A stretch of 59,151 nucleotides of DNA from Permianibacter sp. (GTDB lineage: Bacteria; Pseudomonadota; Gammaproteobacteria; Enterobacterales; Permianibacteraceae): positions 1-59,151 of the forward strand of contig DASUEK010000060.1 in assembly GCA_036275115.1 (NCBI GenBank), written 5' to 3'. Below the pieces are notes generated by a model. The model did no database searches and was not told the origin of the DNA. It worked only from the letters and a program-made list of their open reading frames with translations. A program made the position numbers and the translations under genes. This document shows, piece by piece, positions 20,148-31,331 of the stretch (its first letter is position 1; each line of letters opens with the position of its first letter).

Positions 20148-22265
20148 GTGTTCCAAAATGCGGGTCACGCGCCCATGTCGAATGTCGATGAGGCCGGTTC
20201 GGTCGCGGCTTCCCGCTATGCTTTGTCCGTGCCACCACGCACGGTTTTGCGCGGCAGCATGCGGGTTGTGCTGGCCTATCTTGCGTTCGGCGTGTTGTGG
20301 ATTCTGCTTTCCGACCAGCTGCTTGCCCTGTTGGTGCCGGCCACCGAGCTGCCGTTCTGGCAAAGTCTCAAAGGGATTCTGTTTATCGCGGTGACGGCGC
20401 TTTTGCTGTTTCTGCTCGTCCGTCGGCAATTGCGGGCCGTGGTACACGCGCTAAAGGCCAGCCGCGAAAACGAAGCCCGTTTCCGGCGCATGTTCCATCG
20501 TGCCAATCTGGCCTTGATCGAATTCGATGATCGTGAGCTGGTTGAATTGCTCGACAGTTGGCAGCGTCAGGGCATTGTCGATCTGCGGCACGCCCTGCAA
20601 ACCCAGCCACTGTTGCAGACGCAGGCATTGAGTCGTTTGCGGCTGATCGCCATTAACCCGGAAGCGCGTCGTTTGCTGGGTGCGCCTGTCGCGGCCGATA
20701 ACCTGAAACTCGGTCATCGTCTGTTCGGTCCGGAATCGGCACAGGTGCTGGCCGATCTGTTGCAGGCCATCCGTGACCGCCAGCCGCGATTCAGCGCGGA
20801 ACTCCTGTTGCATCAGGCCGATGCAGCACCGGTGGTGCTGCAGTTGAACGTCGGCTTTCCCCACAGTGAAACCGGTTCACTCGCCTTGTTGAGCCTGACC
20901 GATATCAGCGCGCCACGACGGCTGACCGAACGTCGGCAGCTGCTGCAGACCTTGACCCAGGAAGTCAGCCTGTGTGCCGATATCGACAGCGCGCTGCAAC
21001 TGATTTTGAAGCGGTTGTGTCACGCCGGTGAATGGGCCTTTGCCCAGATCTGGCAACCAAGCGCCGAAGGCGATGTGCTGGTGTGCCGCGATCTCTTTTT
21101 CACCGACTCGCCGGATTTGGCAGCGTTTCATCAGGCCAGTCGTGATTTTGCCTTCATGCGCGGTCGTGGCTTGCCCGGCCGGGTGTGGCAGAACGGTCAT
21201 GCGCATTGGCTGCGCGATGTGACGCTGGACAGTAATTTTCCGCGCGCGCCCGCAGCAGAGCGCGCCGGTTTGCGCACCGGTGTCGCCGTGCCGCTGTTCC
21301 AGCACAACCAATTGCAGTTCGTGCTGGAGTTTTTTTGCGCCGAACACCGACGCGAAGATCGGACACTGTTGGAGCTGATGACGGCCGCTTGCGTGCAATT
21401 GGAGCTGGTCTTGGCGAGCAAACAGCAGTTGCAGGATTTGCAACGCGCCCAACAGCATTTTCAACTGGCGATGAACGCGGCGGAATTCGGCTTTTGGGAA
21501 TGGCAGATTGATGCCGGACGGGTGCAATGGTCCGGCAATGTCGAGCGTCTGTTTGGCCTGGGCGCCGGCAGTTTCGATGGCCGCATGGAAACCTATCTTG
21601 CGTTACTGCCGGCCAGCGAAAGGGGGACAGTCGAGCAGGCCATCGCGACCAGTTTGCGTGGTGAAAGCGAGGCGTTTGCCGTGCAACACCAAATGCGTTT
21701 GGGCGATGGTCAGCTGCGTTGGTTGGAAGGGCGAGGCAAGGTGTTTCGTGATGCGGCCGGTCGACCAACCAGCATGGCAGGGACGGTGATGGACGTCACC
21801 GATCGGCAGCTCGATGCGCGCTTACTGTCGGTACTGGAGCGGGACGTCAATCAAGCCTTGTCCGCGCGCGAGTTACTTAGCCGATTGGCAGAAGCCCTGG
21901 CCGCCGATGATGTGATGTTGCTGTCACTTGAAGAGCAAGAGGCGACGCCGATCGCGCTGCATTGGCAGGCCGGCGTCTGGCTTGAGCGACCACCGCTGCC
22001 GTTGTCGGCAGGTCTGTCACAATCGCTGCGACGGAGTGCGAGCGTTCACCTGCCGGCGGTGCATGCCCAGTTTCCGGATGACGCGCTGTTGGCTCGGCGT
22101 GATGCGCAGGAACTGCTGGCATTGTGGCTGCAACCCGATGACGCCGCCGCTGGTGTCCTGTTGCTGCTGTTCAAACGGCCGTTGGCGCAAGCGACCCGGG
22201 TGCTGACTTTGTTGCAGTTTGCCTTGCCGGCGCTGGCGCGCAGCTATCTGGAGCCAGCGGCGTAG
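20148..22265 (+). CDS. membrane-anchored PAS/GAF sensory protein without a recognisable output domain
   Basis: Two TM helices, PAS-like segment, GAF (GRGLPGRVW), PAS (GFWEW...RWLEGRG...GTVMDVTDR), degenerate GAF; start uncertain. Confidence 0.75.
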   Translation: MFQNAGHAPMSNVDEAGSVAASRYALSVPPRTVLRGSMRVVLAYLAFGVLWILLSDQLLALLVPATELPFWQSLKGILFIAVTALLLFLLVRRQLRAVVHALKASRENEARFRRMFHRANLALIEFDDRELVELLDSWQRQGIVDLRHALQTQPLLQTQALSRLRLIAINPEARRLLGAPVAADNLKLGHRLFGPESAQVLADLLQAIRDRQPRFSAELLLHQADAAPVVLQLNVGFPHSETGSLALLSLTDISAPRRLTERRQLLQTLTQEVSLCADIDSALQLILKRLCHAGEWAFAQIWQPSAEGDVLVCRDLFFTDSPDLAAFHQASRDFAFMRGRGLPGRVWQNGHAHWLRDVTLDSNFPRAPAAERAGLRTGVAVPLFQHNQLQFVLEFFCAEHRREDRTLLELMTAACVQLELVLASKQQLQDLQRAQQHFQLAMNAAEFGFWEWQIDAGRVQWSGNVERLFGLGAGSFDGRMETYLALLPASERGTVEQAIATSLRGESEAFAVQHQMRLGDGQLRWLEGRGKVFRDAAGRPTSMAGTVMDVTDRQLDARLLSVLERDVNQALSARELLSRLAEALAADDVMLLSLEEQEATPIALHWQAGVWLERPPLPLSAGLSQSLRRSASVHLPAVHAQFPDDALLARRDAQELLALWLQPDDAAAGVLLLLFKRPLAQATRVLTLLQFALPALARSYLEPAA

Positions 22266-22298
22266 CACCTCGACATTCTGTGACGAACAGCTGCCAGC

Positions 22299-23744
22299 TC
22301 AGCGCCGGCGCTTGCGCTCCAGCAGAATGTTTTGCACGTGCTGGATCCGCGCCTGAATGCGCGTGCTCGCGTAAGGGTCATCCGAGCGCGAGCGGCGCGC
22401 GAGTTCAAACTGCTGCAGCGCGCCGGCAAAATCGCCGACCGCCTGTAGATACAGCCCCTGACTTTCATGCACCTCATCGGTTTTGCCGGCCTGGCTTTGT
22501 GCCGCTGCCAGCAGCCGATAGACATTCGGTTCCGTGTCCGGCAGCGAGATGTACGCCAACAAGCGCTCGCGCGCCCGTTCGGCTTTGCCCAGTTCCAGCA
22601 ACACCTGACTGTAGGCAATGGTCAGTGCGTGATGGTTCGGGTGCAGCGCCAGCGCCTGGCCGAGCAGTTTTTCGGCGTCACTGTACTGGCCTGCGGCACG
22701 CTGCGCCTGTGTACGCAGCAACAAATAACTCAGGTTGCTCGGTTCACTTTCCTGCAATTGGCTGGCGATTTTGCTGGCTGATGCCGTCTCGCCTTTGCGC
22801 AGATCAAGCAAGGCGCGGGCGTAGCGCACCACCGGGTCTTGCGGTGCCACTTTTTCAGCCTGTTGCTGCTCGCGTTCGCGCTGGGCCAGATCGTCTTCAG
22901 TCAGATCGCGCAGTTTGGCCTGCATCAAGCGGAAGCGTTGTGAGTTGATGATGCGGCGCGGTTGCAGTTCAGCGGCACGCAGGCGTGCATCGGCCATCCG
23001 CTGCTCGCTGACCGGGTGGGTCAGTAGCACCGGCGGCGGCATCTGCAGGTAGCGGGTTTTGGCTGCCATTTTCTCGAAGAAGCTGGCCATACCGTTTGGG
23101 TCGAGATCGACATCGGCGAGGATCTGCATGCCAATGCGGTCCGCTTCGGCTTCGTTTTCGCGGGTGTGGTTGATCACCAATTGAGTGGCACCCGCCTGTG
23201 CGGCGGTCATCGCGGCGATACCGGCCTGTGGGTTGTTCGCTGCCATGATCAAGCCACCGATGATCGCCGCCAGCGTTGGCAGGCTGAGTTGCTGCTGACG
23301 CTCGACCCGGCGGGCGAGGTGACGTTGAATCACGTGGGCGGTTTCGTGCGCCATGACACCGGCGAGTTCACTTTCGTTATCGGCCATCAACATCAACTGG
23401 CTGTGGATGCCGATGTAACCGCCGGGTAAGGCAAACGCGTTCAGTTCCGGATCGCGGATGACGAAGAAATAGAATTGGCGATCGGCGGCGTCCGGTGCGC
23501 TGGCAACCAATCGAAAGCCGATATCGTTGATGTATTCGACGATTTCCGGATCATCGATCACCGGGGCGAACTGGCGGATCTGACGCATGAAGTCGTCGCC
23601 AATCAGCTGCTCTTGTTGCAGTGACAGCGTTTTGCTGACGCTGCTGCCCATGTCCGGCAATTCCGAGGCAGTCGCTATGCCGAGGGAGCTGCTCAGCAGC
23701 AAGGCGCCGAGCAGAGAGTCAAATCGAAACTGCACAATAAACAC
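22299..23744 (-). CDS. bepA: M48 metalloprotease/chaperone BepA (YfgC)
   Basis: NAFALPGG, HETAH (HExxH), EAEADRIG, LLTHP, C-terminal TPRs. Confidence 0.9.
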   Translation of the reverse strand: MFIVQFRFDSLLGALLLSSSLGIATASELPDMGSSVSKTLSLQQEQLIGDDFMRQIRQFAPVIDDPEIVEYINDIGFRLVASAPDAADRQFYFFVIRDPELNAFALPGGYIGIHSQLMLMADNESELAGVMAHETAHVIQRHLARRVERQQQLSLPTLAAIIGGLIMAANNPQAGIAAMTAAQAGATQLVINHTRENEAEADRIGMQILADVDLDPNGMASFFEKMAAKTRYLQMPPPVLLTHPVSEQRMADARLRAAELQPRRIINSQRFRLMQAKLRDLTEDDLAQREREQQQAEKVAPQDPVVRYARALLDLRKGETASASKIASQLQESEPSNLSYLLLRTQAQRAAGQYSDAEKLLGQALALHPNHHALTIAYSQVLLELGKAERARERLLAYISLPDTEPNVYRLLAAAQSQAGKTDEVHESQGLYLQAVGDFAGALQQFELARRSRSDDPYASTRIQARIQHVQNILLERKRRR

Positions 23745-23904
23745 TCATATCAAGAGAAGGGGTGAGGTCGCTCCGGCGATCACTTACAATCCGCCATCGC
23801 GGCGATTGTAGGGAGCCCGGCAGGGGCCGGCAATCGCAGGCGCCGTGTGACCGTCGGTCATTGCCCTGCCGGTCAATAACACAGAACACCCATCTGAAGT
23901 CCAC

Positions 23905-24156
23905 ATGAACGAAAAGTTCCAGATACACCGACAGCTGGATGCACGCGGCCTGCGTTGCCCACTGCCATTGCTGCGCGCCAAACAGGCATTGGCCGCACTG
24001 GCGGTTGGTGAGGTCTTGGAAGTGCTGGCGACCGATGCGGGCGCGGGTCGCGATATTCCGGCCTGGTGCCAGCTGGCCGGACACCAACTGCTCGCGCAAA
24101 CGCCGGCGCCGGACGGCCGCGGCGAGCTGCGTTTTGTCATCCGGCGGCAGCGCTGA
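23905..24156 (+). CDS. tusA: TusA/SirA family sulfur carrier
   Basis: LDARGLRCPLPLL motif. Confidence 0.85.
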   Translation: MNEKFQIHRQLDARGLRCPLPLLRAKQALAALAVGEVLEVLATDAGAGRDIPAWCQLAGHQLLAQTPAPDGRGELRFVIRRQR

Positions 24157-24213
24157 CGGCGGTAGGCGTTGGGTCAACACCGCGCCGCCAGCGTCATCCG
24201 CTTCAGCGGCGTG

Positions 24214-25629
24214 TCACAGAATCAGCGAGGCATGATCGGCCAGCCGCGAGCGCTCGCCACGGCGCAGCGTGATATGCCCGCTGTGCTCCCAGTCCTTGAA
24301 GCGATCAACAACATAGGTCAGGCCGGAGCTGGTTTCGGTCAGGTAGGGGGTGTCGATTTGTGCGACGTTGCCTAGGCATACCATCTTGGTGCCGGGACCG
24401 GCCCGCGTCACCAGCGTTTTCATTTGTTTCGGTGTCAGGTTCTGCGCTTCGTCGAGAATGACAAACTTGTTCAGGAAAGTTCGACCGCGCATGAAGTTCA
24501 ATGAGCGCACCTTGACCCAGCGCTTCAGCACATCCTGCGTCGCGGCCTGGCCCCAGTCGCTTTGTTCATCGGACGGTGCCAGCACTTCCAGGTTGTCCAT
24601 CAATGCGCCCATCCACGGCGTCATTTTTTCCTCTTCGGTGCCGGGCAGGAAGCCAATGTCTTCCCCGACCGGCACGGTCACCCGCGTCACCAGCACTTCT
24701 TTGTAATGGCCGCGTTCGATGGTTTGCTCAAGCGCCGCCGCCAGTGTGAGCAGGGTCTTGCCGGTACCGGCCGAGCCTTGCAAAGAAATGAAGTCGATCT
24801 CCGGGTCCATCAACAAGTTCAGGGCAAAGCTCTGTTCCCGGTTGCGCGCGACAATGCCCCAGACATTGTGGCTCTTGTTGCGGTAGTCGGTGGCGGTTTC
24901 CAGAATGGCGTACTTGCTGTCAACTTTGCGGACGATGGCTTCGAATTCGTCATCTTCCTTGTAGACGCAGGTGTTTGGAAACCATTGCTGAATCAGCGGG
25001 CCGCTGATCCGATAGAACGTCCGGCCTTTCTCCTGCCAGGAATCCATTTGTTTCGAGTGCTTGTCCCAGAAGTTGTCGGGCAGCTGGAACATGCCGGTGT
25101 GCAGTTGCTCGATCTCATCAAGCACCCGGTCATTGAAATAATCCTCGGCGTGAATGGCAAGCGTGGTGGCCTTGATGCGCAGATTGATGTCTTTCGACAC
25201 CAGCGTCACCCGCACCGACGGGTTGCTGCGCGATTGCGCCATGGCGACATTCAGGATGGTGTTGTCGGCTTTGGACCCGGGCAGGCTTTCCGGTAGCACG
25301 TGCTCCATTTCCTTGGTCTGGAAATAGAGCCGGCCACCGCCGTTCTTGCACAGCTCGCCACCCATCGGGATGGTGGTCAGCGGAATGCCGGCGGCGATAT
25401 CGGCGCCTTTCAGCTGGCCCATCAAGTCATCGAGAAAACGACTGACTTGGCGAACGTTACGAGCGGTTTCCGAGGTGCCTTTCTTGCCGGCATCGAGTTC
25501 CTCCAGCACGATCATCGGAATGTAAACGTCGTGTTCGGCAAACCGGAACAATGCCGTGGGATCGTGCATCAGCACATTGGTGTCGAGCACGAACAGTCGT
25601 TTGCCCGAAATCTTTGCTCTTGCCATCAA
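24214..25629 (-). CDS. PIN-PhoH (PhoH2) family ATPase
   Basis: PIN domain VLDTNVL; Walker A GSAGTGKT; RGRT; DEAQN. Confidence 0.92.
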   Translation of the reverse strand: MMARAKISGKRLFVLDTNVLMHDPTALFRFAEHDVYIPMIVLEELDAGKKGTSETARNVRQVSRFLDDLMGQLKGADIAAGIPLTTIPMGGELCKNGGGRLYFQTKEMEHVLPESLPGSKADNTILNVAMAQSRSNPSVRVTLVSKDINLRIKATTLAIHAEDYFNDRVLDEIEQLHTGMFQLPDNFWDKHSKQMDSWQEKGRTFYRISGPLIQQWFPNTCVYKEDDEFEAIVRKVDSKYAILETATDYRNKSHNVWGIVARNREQSFALNLLMDPEIDFISLQGSAGTGKTLLTLAAALEQTIERGHYKEVLVTRVTVPVGEDIGFLPGTEEEKMTPWMGALMDNLEVLAPSDEQSDWGQAATQDVLKRWVKVRSLNFMRGRTFLNKFVILDEAQNLTPKQMKTLVTRAGPGTKMVCLGNVAQIDTPYLTETSSGLTYVVDRFKDWEHSGHITLRRGERSRLADHASLIL

Positions 25630-25712
25630 TCAGCTTCCCTATCCAATGATTGATCGGGGTGCGCACTGCGCTGCGTGCCACACTGCATCACGCAACAAAA
25701 GCCTGCATGTGC

Positions 25713-26186
25713 TCAGCTTTTGCTGAGGGCGGTGGCCGCAGCCAGCACCTCATCGACATGGCCTGGCACTTTGACTTTGCGCCATTCCTGCCGCAGTACG
25801 CCGTTTTTGTCGATCAGGAAAGTGCTGCGCTCAACGCCCATCACCTTCTTGCCGTACATGTTTTTTTCCTTGATGACATCGTAAGCAGTGCAGGCGGCTT
25901 CCTCCGTGTCGGACAGCAGATCGAAGTCAAACCCTTCGCGGGCCTTGAAGTTTTCATGCGAGCGCAGGCTGTCGCGCGAGATGCCGATAATGAGGGTGTC
26001 AATTTTGTCGAATTTTTTTTGCTGGTCGCGAAAATTCTGCCCTTCCAGCGTGCAGCCGGGGGTGCTGTCTTTCGGGTAGAAATAGAGGACGACTTGGTGG
26101 CCTTTGAGCGAAGAAAGGCGGAGGGTTTTGTCGCCGGTTGCCGGCAGTTCGAAATCGGGTGCTTTTTTGCCCACCACTGCGGTCAT
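25713..26186 (-). CDS. bcp: peroxiredoxin Bcp
   Basis: LYFYPKDSTPGCT and ERSTF. Confidence 0.93.
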   Translation of the reverse strand: MTAVVGKKAPDFELPATGDKTLRLSSLKGHQVVLYFYPKDSTPGCTLEGQNFRDQQKKFDKIDTLIIGISRDSLRSHENFKAREGFDFDLLSDTEEAACTAYDVIKEKNMYGKKVMGVERSTFLIDKNGVLRQEWRKVKVPGHVDEVLAAATALSKS

Positions 26187-26371
26187 TCGCGTCTCCTGCG
26201 TTGGCCGAGCCGGCGTCCTGCCAGTCAGGACGCGGCGCAACGGGGTCGCGGTGCTTGCTGCACGGCAAGCCGCCGCGCTCTTTGCCTCACTTTAGTCGCA
26301 GTGACGATCGATTTTCCAGCAGGCTTGCAAAAATTTTTTGTCGGTGACGGCGCGAGCTGACGGCAAGCCTT

Positions 26372-26902
26372 TCAACCTTTGATGGGCTCGAGGATGCCGT
26401 CGAGGTTCAGGTCGTCACAGAGCAGTTGAAACTGATCGCGCAAACCATTGATATGGACATCGCCCGGAATGTTGAGCGCGATGTTGATGACGATCATCGC
26501 CGCGCCGGTTTGCGGTGCGGCGTAGGTGTTGGAGTAAATGTCCTGCAGCGTGACGCCTTGATCCAGAAAGAACTGGCTGATGTCGCGCAGAATGCCCGGG
26601 GTATCAAGCGCAACGATTTGCACCGAGTAGGGCAGTGCCTGGCTGGGTTGTTCGCGGCCACTGGTGCGACGCATGTTCACTGACAATTGCAGGCGCTGGC
26701 TCAGCACTGGCAAGGCGTGTTCGAATTTGGCCAGCGCATTCCAGGTGCCGGCGAGCAGCAACAGCATGGCCGACTCGTTACCGAGCATGGTGATGCGGGC
26801 GTCGAGAATATTGCAATTGCAATCGGCTGCCAGCTTGGCGATATCGGTGGTGGCGGTCGGCACGTAGGGACCGAGGACGCTCACCGCAAGCAGATTCTGC
26901 AT
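26372..26902 (-). CDS. gcvR: glycine cleavage system repressor (tandem ACT)
   Basis: Two ACT domains (CNILDAR, GTWNALAKFE); divergent from dapA. Confidence 0.88.
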   Translation of the reverse strand: MQNLLAVSVLGPYVPTATTDIAKLAADCNCNILDARITMLGNESAMLLLLAGTWNALAKFEHALPVLSQRLQLSVNMRRTSGREQPSQALPYSVQIVALDTPGILRDISQFFLDQGVTLQDIYSNTYAAPQTGAAMIVINIALNIPGDVHINGLRDQFQLLCDDLNLDGILEPIKG

Positions 26903-27024
26903 GGCGGACCTTTATGATTTGTTGGCTGCAAGATGGCGCATATTTCCGGTGCTGACAAGCGTGCTTGTCAATAATCTGGCCCGGCGAGTACCATTGCCGC
27001 TCTTTTTTTGACCGGAATTTGCAC

Positions 27025-27915
27025 ATGCAGGCCAAGGGCCCGTTTCAGGGCAGCATAGTCGCGTTGGTAACGCCGATGTTTGACGACGGTTCCGTCGATG
27101 AGGCCAGTGTGCGGCGCTTGGTCGATTGGCATGTCGAGCAGGGTACCGATGCCATTGTGGCCATGGGCACCACCGGTGAGTCGGCGACGCTGTCGGAAGA
27201 CGAACATTTGCGCGTTGTGCAAATTGTGGTCGAACAGGCCGCCGGTCGCATTCCGGTCATTGCCGGTACCGGCAGCAGCAGCACCGCCAAGGCGGTCGCG
27301 CTGACCAAGGCCGTCGAACAATTCGCCATCGTCGGCACCTTGTGCGTGACGCCGTATTACGTCCGGCCGAGTCAGGAAGGCCTGTACCAGCATTACTTGG
27401 CCATTGCGGCCGCCGCACGCAAGCCGGTGCTGCTTTACAACGTGCCGGGTCGGACCGGTTGTGACCTGTTGCCCGAGACCGTGATTCGGCTCGCGGCGGT
27501 GGCCGGCATCGCCGGCATCAAGGAAGCAACTGGCAAGCTGGAGCGGCTGCAGGCCATCAAGGCCGGAGTCCCGGCCAGTTTTGCCCTGCTGTCGGGTGAC
27601 GATGCCAGCGCCTGTGAGTTCATGCTGCAGGGCGGTCATGGCGTCATTTCTGTGACCAGCAACGTCGCGCCGAAGGCAATGGCAGCGATGTGCCGGCTGG
27701 CGGTGGCAGGTCAGACTGAAGCTGCCCGGCAACAAGATGCGGCTTTGCAGGGCCTGCATGAAACTCTGTTCAATGAACCCAATCCAACCCCGGCCAAATG
27801 GGCGGTGGCGCAGTTGCATGGCTGTTCCGCCCACCTCAGGCTTCCCTTGCTGCCGCTCACGGCGGCCAATCAACCCCGAGTGCGCGCTGCCATGGCGGCC
27901 GCCGGAGTGCTGTAA
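27025..27915 (+). CDS. dapA: 4-hydroxy-tetrahydrodipicolinate synthase
   Basis: ALVTPM, GTTGES, LYNVPGRTG, GIKEATG and LSGDD. Confidence 0.97.
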   Translation: MQAKGPFQGSIVALVTPMFDDGSVDEASVRRLVDWHVEQGTDAIVAMGTTGESATLSEDEHLRVVQIVVEQAAGRIPVIAGTGSSSTAKAVALTKAVEQFAIVGTLCVTPYYVRPSQEGLYQHYLAIAAAARKPVLLYNVPGRTGCDLLPETVIRLAAVAGIAGIKEATGKLERLQAIKAGVPASFALLSGDDASACEFMLQGGHGVISVTSNVAPKAMAAMCRLAVAGQTEAARQQDAALQGLHETLFNEPNPTPAKWAVAQLHGCSAHLRLPLLPLTAANQPRVRAAMAAAGVL

Positions 27916-29037
27916 ATGAAAGTGTTTGTTCGGGCCTTGCCCGTTTTGGCGGTCTTCACCTTGTCTGGTTGCGGTTGGTTGTACGGTAAAGAGGGTCTGA
28001 TTCGCGATACCGAACACGATTACCTTGACGCCAAGCAGGCGCCGGCCTTGAAAGTGCCCCCCGCGTACAGCGCCTTCCAGCCGCAGGACCAGTACCCGGT
28101 GCCGCCCCTGGGCCCGAAGGGGGCTACCGCGCCGGTCGGCGATGCGCTTGATGTCAACCCGCCAGCCTTGGTGCTGTCGTCCGGTGACGGTGTCAACGGC
28201 ATTCAGGATGCCGCCATTCCGCAAGCACTTATCGCGGGTGAAAACCTCGAGCTCTGGCAGCGTTTGAATGGCTTTCTGAGCCTCAACGGCATTGCTGTGG
28301 AACAGAGCAACGAGGCCACAGGCGAATTGTTGACCGGCTGGGTTCAGACCGAGGAAATCGGCTGGTTCCGCGATTGGGTCATGGCCGAAGACATCGAGTC
28401 CTACCGCTGGCAATACCGGTTCCAGCTGAAAAACGGTGAGCGGCCGAATGAGCGTCTGTTGATTGCCGAAGCCGTCAAGGCGGAAGCCTATGACGAGGAC
28501 GACGGCTGGCAAAGTCTGCAACCGACCCGTCGCAACAGTGTCGACATGCTGAACCAGTTCCTCGGTTACTACGATGAAGAGCAATCGCGGGCGGCCCGGG
28601 AGCGGGTGCTCGCGGCGCGGGCGGGCATCCAGGTCGAACTGTGGCAGAACGAGCAGAACCAGACCGGACTGCTGGCCCAGAGCGGCTTGAGCAATACTTG
28701 GGAAGCCACGCCGACCGTGCTGGAAAAGCTCGGCTTCGTGCTGGAAGACAAGGACACCACCAAGTTCCTGTATTACTTCAAGCTGGAAGAAGGCGAAGAG
28801 GGCGGTTTCTGGGATTGGCTGTTTGGCGATGACCGGGACGATCAGGTTCGCCTCGAGCTGGAACCGGGGGAATATCTGGTGCAGCTGAGCAGCGCCGGCG
28901 ACAACACCGGCCTCATCATCAGCAAGGCCGATGGCGAAGCGCTCGAGGCCGCGGTGATGACCAAGCTGTTCCCGGTACTGGCTGAAGCCTTCGCCGAGCG
29001 TCGACAAAACGCCCTGCTGGATGCACCGCGCCGGTAA
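27916..29037 (+). CDS. bamC: outer membrane protein assembly lipoprotein BamC
   Basis: Lipobox LSGC, DYLDAK...LKVPP; directly after dapA. Confidence 0.85.
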   Translation: MKVFVRALPVLAVFTLSGCGWLYGKEGLIRDTEHDYLDAKQAPALKVPPAYSAFQPQDQYPVPPLGPKGATAPVGDALDVNPPALVLSSGDGVNGIQDAAIPQALIAGENLELWQRLNGFLSLNGIAVEQSNEATGELLTGWVQTEEIGWFRDWVMAEDIESYRWQYRFQLKNGERPNERLLIAEAVKAEAYDEDDGWQSLQPTRRNSVDMLNQFLGYYDEEQSRAARERVLAARAGIQVELWQNEQNQTGLLAQSGLSNTWEATPTVLEKLGFVLEDKDTTKFLYYFKLEEGEEGGFWDWLFGDDRDDQVRLELEPGEYLVQLSSAGDNTGLIISKADGEALEAAVMTKLFPVLAEAFAERRQNALLDAPRR

Positions 29038-29051
29038 CGGGAGCGGCGGCG

Positions 29052-29813
29052 ATGCGGCTCGCCTGCCTCGGTAGTGGCAGCAAGGGCAATGGACTGCTGG
29101 TCGCCCATGACGACCAGCAGCTGCTCATCGACTGCGGCTTCACGCTGGCGGAAACCGAAGCGCGGCTCGCCCGGCTCGGCGTGCAGCCGGCGGCGCTGAC
29201 GGCCATCCTGGTGACCCACGAGCACAGTGACCATATCGGCGGTGTCGGCGCGCTGGCGCGCAAGTACGACTTGCCGGTCTGGATGAGCCGGGGTAGCCAT
29301 CTCGCGGGCCGCTGTGGCACAATCCGCGCCCTTAAATTTTTGTCTGCGGAAGAACCCGTCCTCTTCGGGGGGATTCGGGTTTTTCCGTTTTCGGTTCCGC
29401 ACGATGCGCGCGAGCCCTTACAGTTTGTCTTCGAGACCGCACAGGTGCGTTTTGCTCTGTTGACGGACGCCGGTTGCAGCACGCCGTTTTTGCTGCAGCA
29501 ACTGGGTGGATGTGATGCGCTGATGCTCGAGTGCAATCACGACGAAGCGATGCTGCACGGCGGCCGTTATCCGCCGGCACTGAAACGGCGGGTCGGTGGC
29601 GCCTACGGGCATCTCAGCAACCGGCAGGCGGCCGAGATTTTGCGGCAAAGTGATCGCAGCCGGTTGCGGCACGTCATTGCGGCGCATTTGAGTGAAGAGA
29701 ACAATCGACCTGAGCTGGCGCGAGCGGCGCTGGCAGAGGCCGTCGGTTGGTCACCCGAGCAGATTCGCGTGGCTGATCAGTACACCGGTTTTGAATGGCT
29801 GACGCTGGCGTAG
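29052..29813 (+). CDS. MBL-fold metallo-hydrolase (YycJ/WalJ-like)
   Basis: LGSGSKGN, THEHSDH, LECNHD, GHLSN and HLSEENN. Confidence 0.92.
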   Translation: MRLACLGSGSKGNGLLVAHDDQQLLIDCGFTLAETEARLARLGVQPAALTAILVTHEHSDHIGGVGALARKYDLPVWMSRGSHLAGRCGTIRALKFLSAEEPVLFGGIRVFPFSVPHDAREPLQFVFETAQVRFALLTDAGCSTPFLLQQLGGCDALMLECNHDEAMLHGGRYPPALKRRVGGAYGHLSNRQAAEILRQSDRSRLRHVIAAHLSEENNRPELARAALAEAVGWSPEQIRVADQYTGFEWLTLA

Positions 29814-29858
29814 CGCATCGCACACGCCGCGTTTTTTTTTTAACCAATGGTGAACACC

Positions 29859-30569
29859 ATGCAGAAGTTGCAGGAACTCTACCGCGGCAAGGCCAAATCG
29901 GTTTACAGCTGCGAGCTCGCCGACCACGTGATCATGCATTACCGCAATGACACCTCGGCCTTCGATGGTCAGAAAGTCGCGCAGCTGGATCGCAAAGGCA
30001 TGGTGAACAACAAGTTCAACGCCTTCATCATGACCAAGCTGGCCGCCGCCGGTATTCCGAGCCACTTCGTCAAGCTGCTGAACGACACCGACAGCCTGGT
30101 CAAGAAGCTGACCATGGTGCCGGTCGAGTGCGTCGTCCGTAACGTCGCCGCTGGCTCGATCACCCGTCGTCTTGGCGTGCAGGAAGGCATGGAACTGAAT
30201 CCGCCGACCTTCGAATTCTTTTTGAAGAACGACGAACTGCACGACCCGATGGTCAACGAATACCACATCCGTTCGTTTGGCTGGGCCACCGACGCCGAAG
30301 TCGCCCGCATGAAAGAGCTGACCTTCAAGGTCAACGACGTGCTGAAAGCAATGTTCGACGAAGCCGGCATGATCCTGGTCGACTACAAACTGGAATTCGG
30401 TCGCCTGAACGGCGAGATTGTGCTGGGCGACGAGTTCTCGCCGGACGGTTGCCGGTTGTGGGACAAAGCCACCCGCAAGAAGCTGGACAAAGACCGCTTC
30501 CGTCAGGGCCTCGGCGGTGTCGTCGAAGCCTACGAAGAAGTCGCGCAGCGTCTCGGCGTTCCGCTCTGA
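29859..30569 (+). CDS. purC: SAICAR synthase
   Basis: [24 protein letters not shown] and [12 protein letters not shown]; alternative ATG at 29847. Confidence 0.97.
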   Translation: MQKLQELYRGKAKSVYSCELADHVIMHYRNDTSAFDGQKVAQLDRKGMVNNKFNAFIMTKLAAAGIPSHFVKLLNDTDSLVKKLTMVPVECVVRNVAAGSITRRLGVQEGMELNPPTFEFFLKNDELHDPMVNEYHIRSFGWATDAEVARMKELTFKVNDVLKAMFDEAGMILVDYKLEFGRLNGEIVLGDEFSPDGCRLWDKATRKKLDKDRFRQGLGGVVEAYEEVAQRLGVPL

Positions 30570-30611
30570 TTTGCGTGGTTTGTTGAAAAGGCCTTTCGCG
30601 TCGCGCAAGGC

Positions 30612-30648
30612 TTTTCAAGTCAGAAAAAAATCCGCATAATGCGCGCCC
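30612..30648 (+). promoter_or_regulatory. sigma70-type stable-RNA promoter for tRNA-Ser
   Basis: TTTTCA-17 bp-CATAAT followed by a GC-rich discriminator GCGCGCCC. Confidence 0.5.
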
Positions 30649-30766
30649 CGCATGAGCCCGGTCCGTCCGGAACACTCGTCGGGGCGCCGTTCGGTCCAGC
30701 GCCCGCTGGTACGCCGAACAAACAAGATGCCGAATGACCCGCGTCGTCTTGCAGCAGTACCGTCAC

Positions 30767-31120
<354 letters not shown>

Positions 31121-31331
31121 CTCCCGTTCCGGGTGATTTCTACTCGCCGTCATTGACGCTAGATGAGCCGGCAGACCGGTTCGACGTCGCCTACCTGACA
31201 CGGCGCCATTTCTTCCGACATCATATTTTTCTGCCGCCACTGAGACAGTGATCGCTCGTGTTGGCGTGTTTCACCGTTGTATTTTTGGTGCTGCCGCGGC
31301 ATCGTAGCGACCCTTCTTTTTTGTCTTTCTG

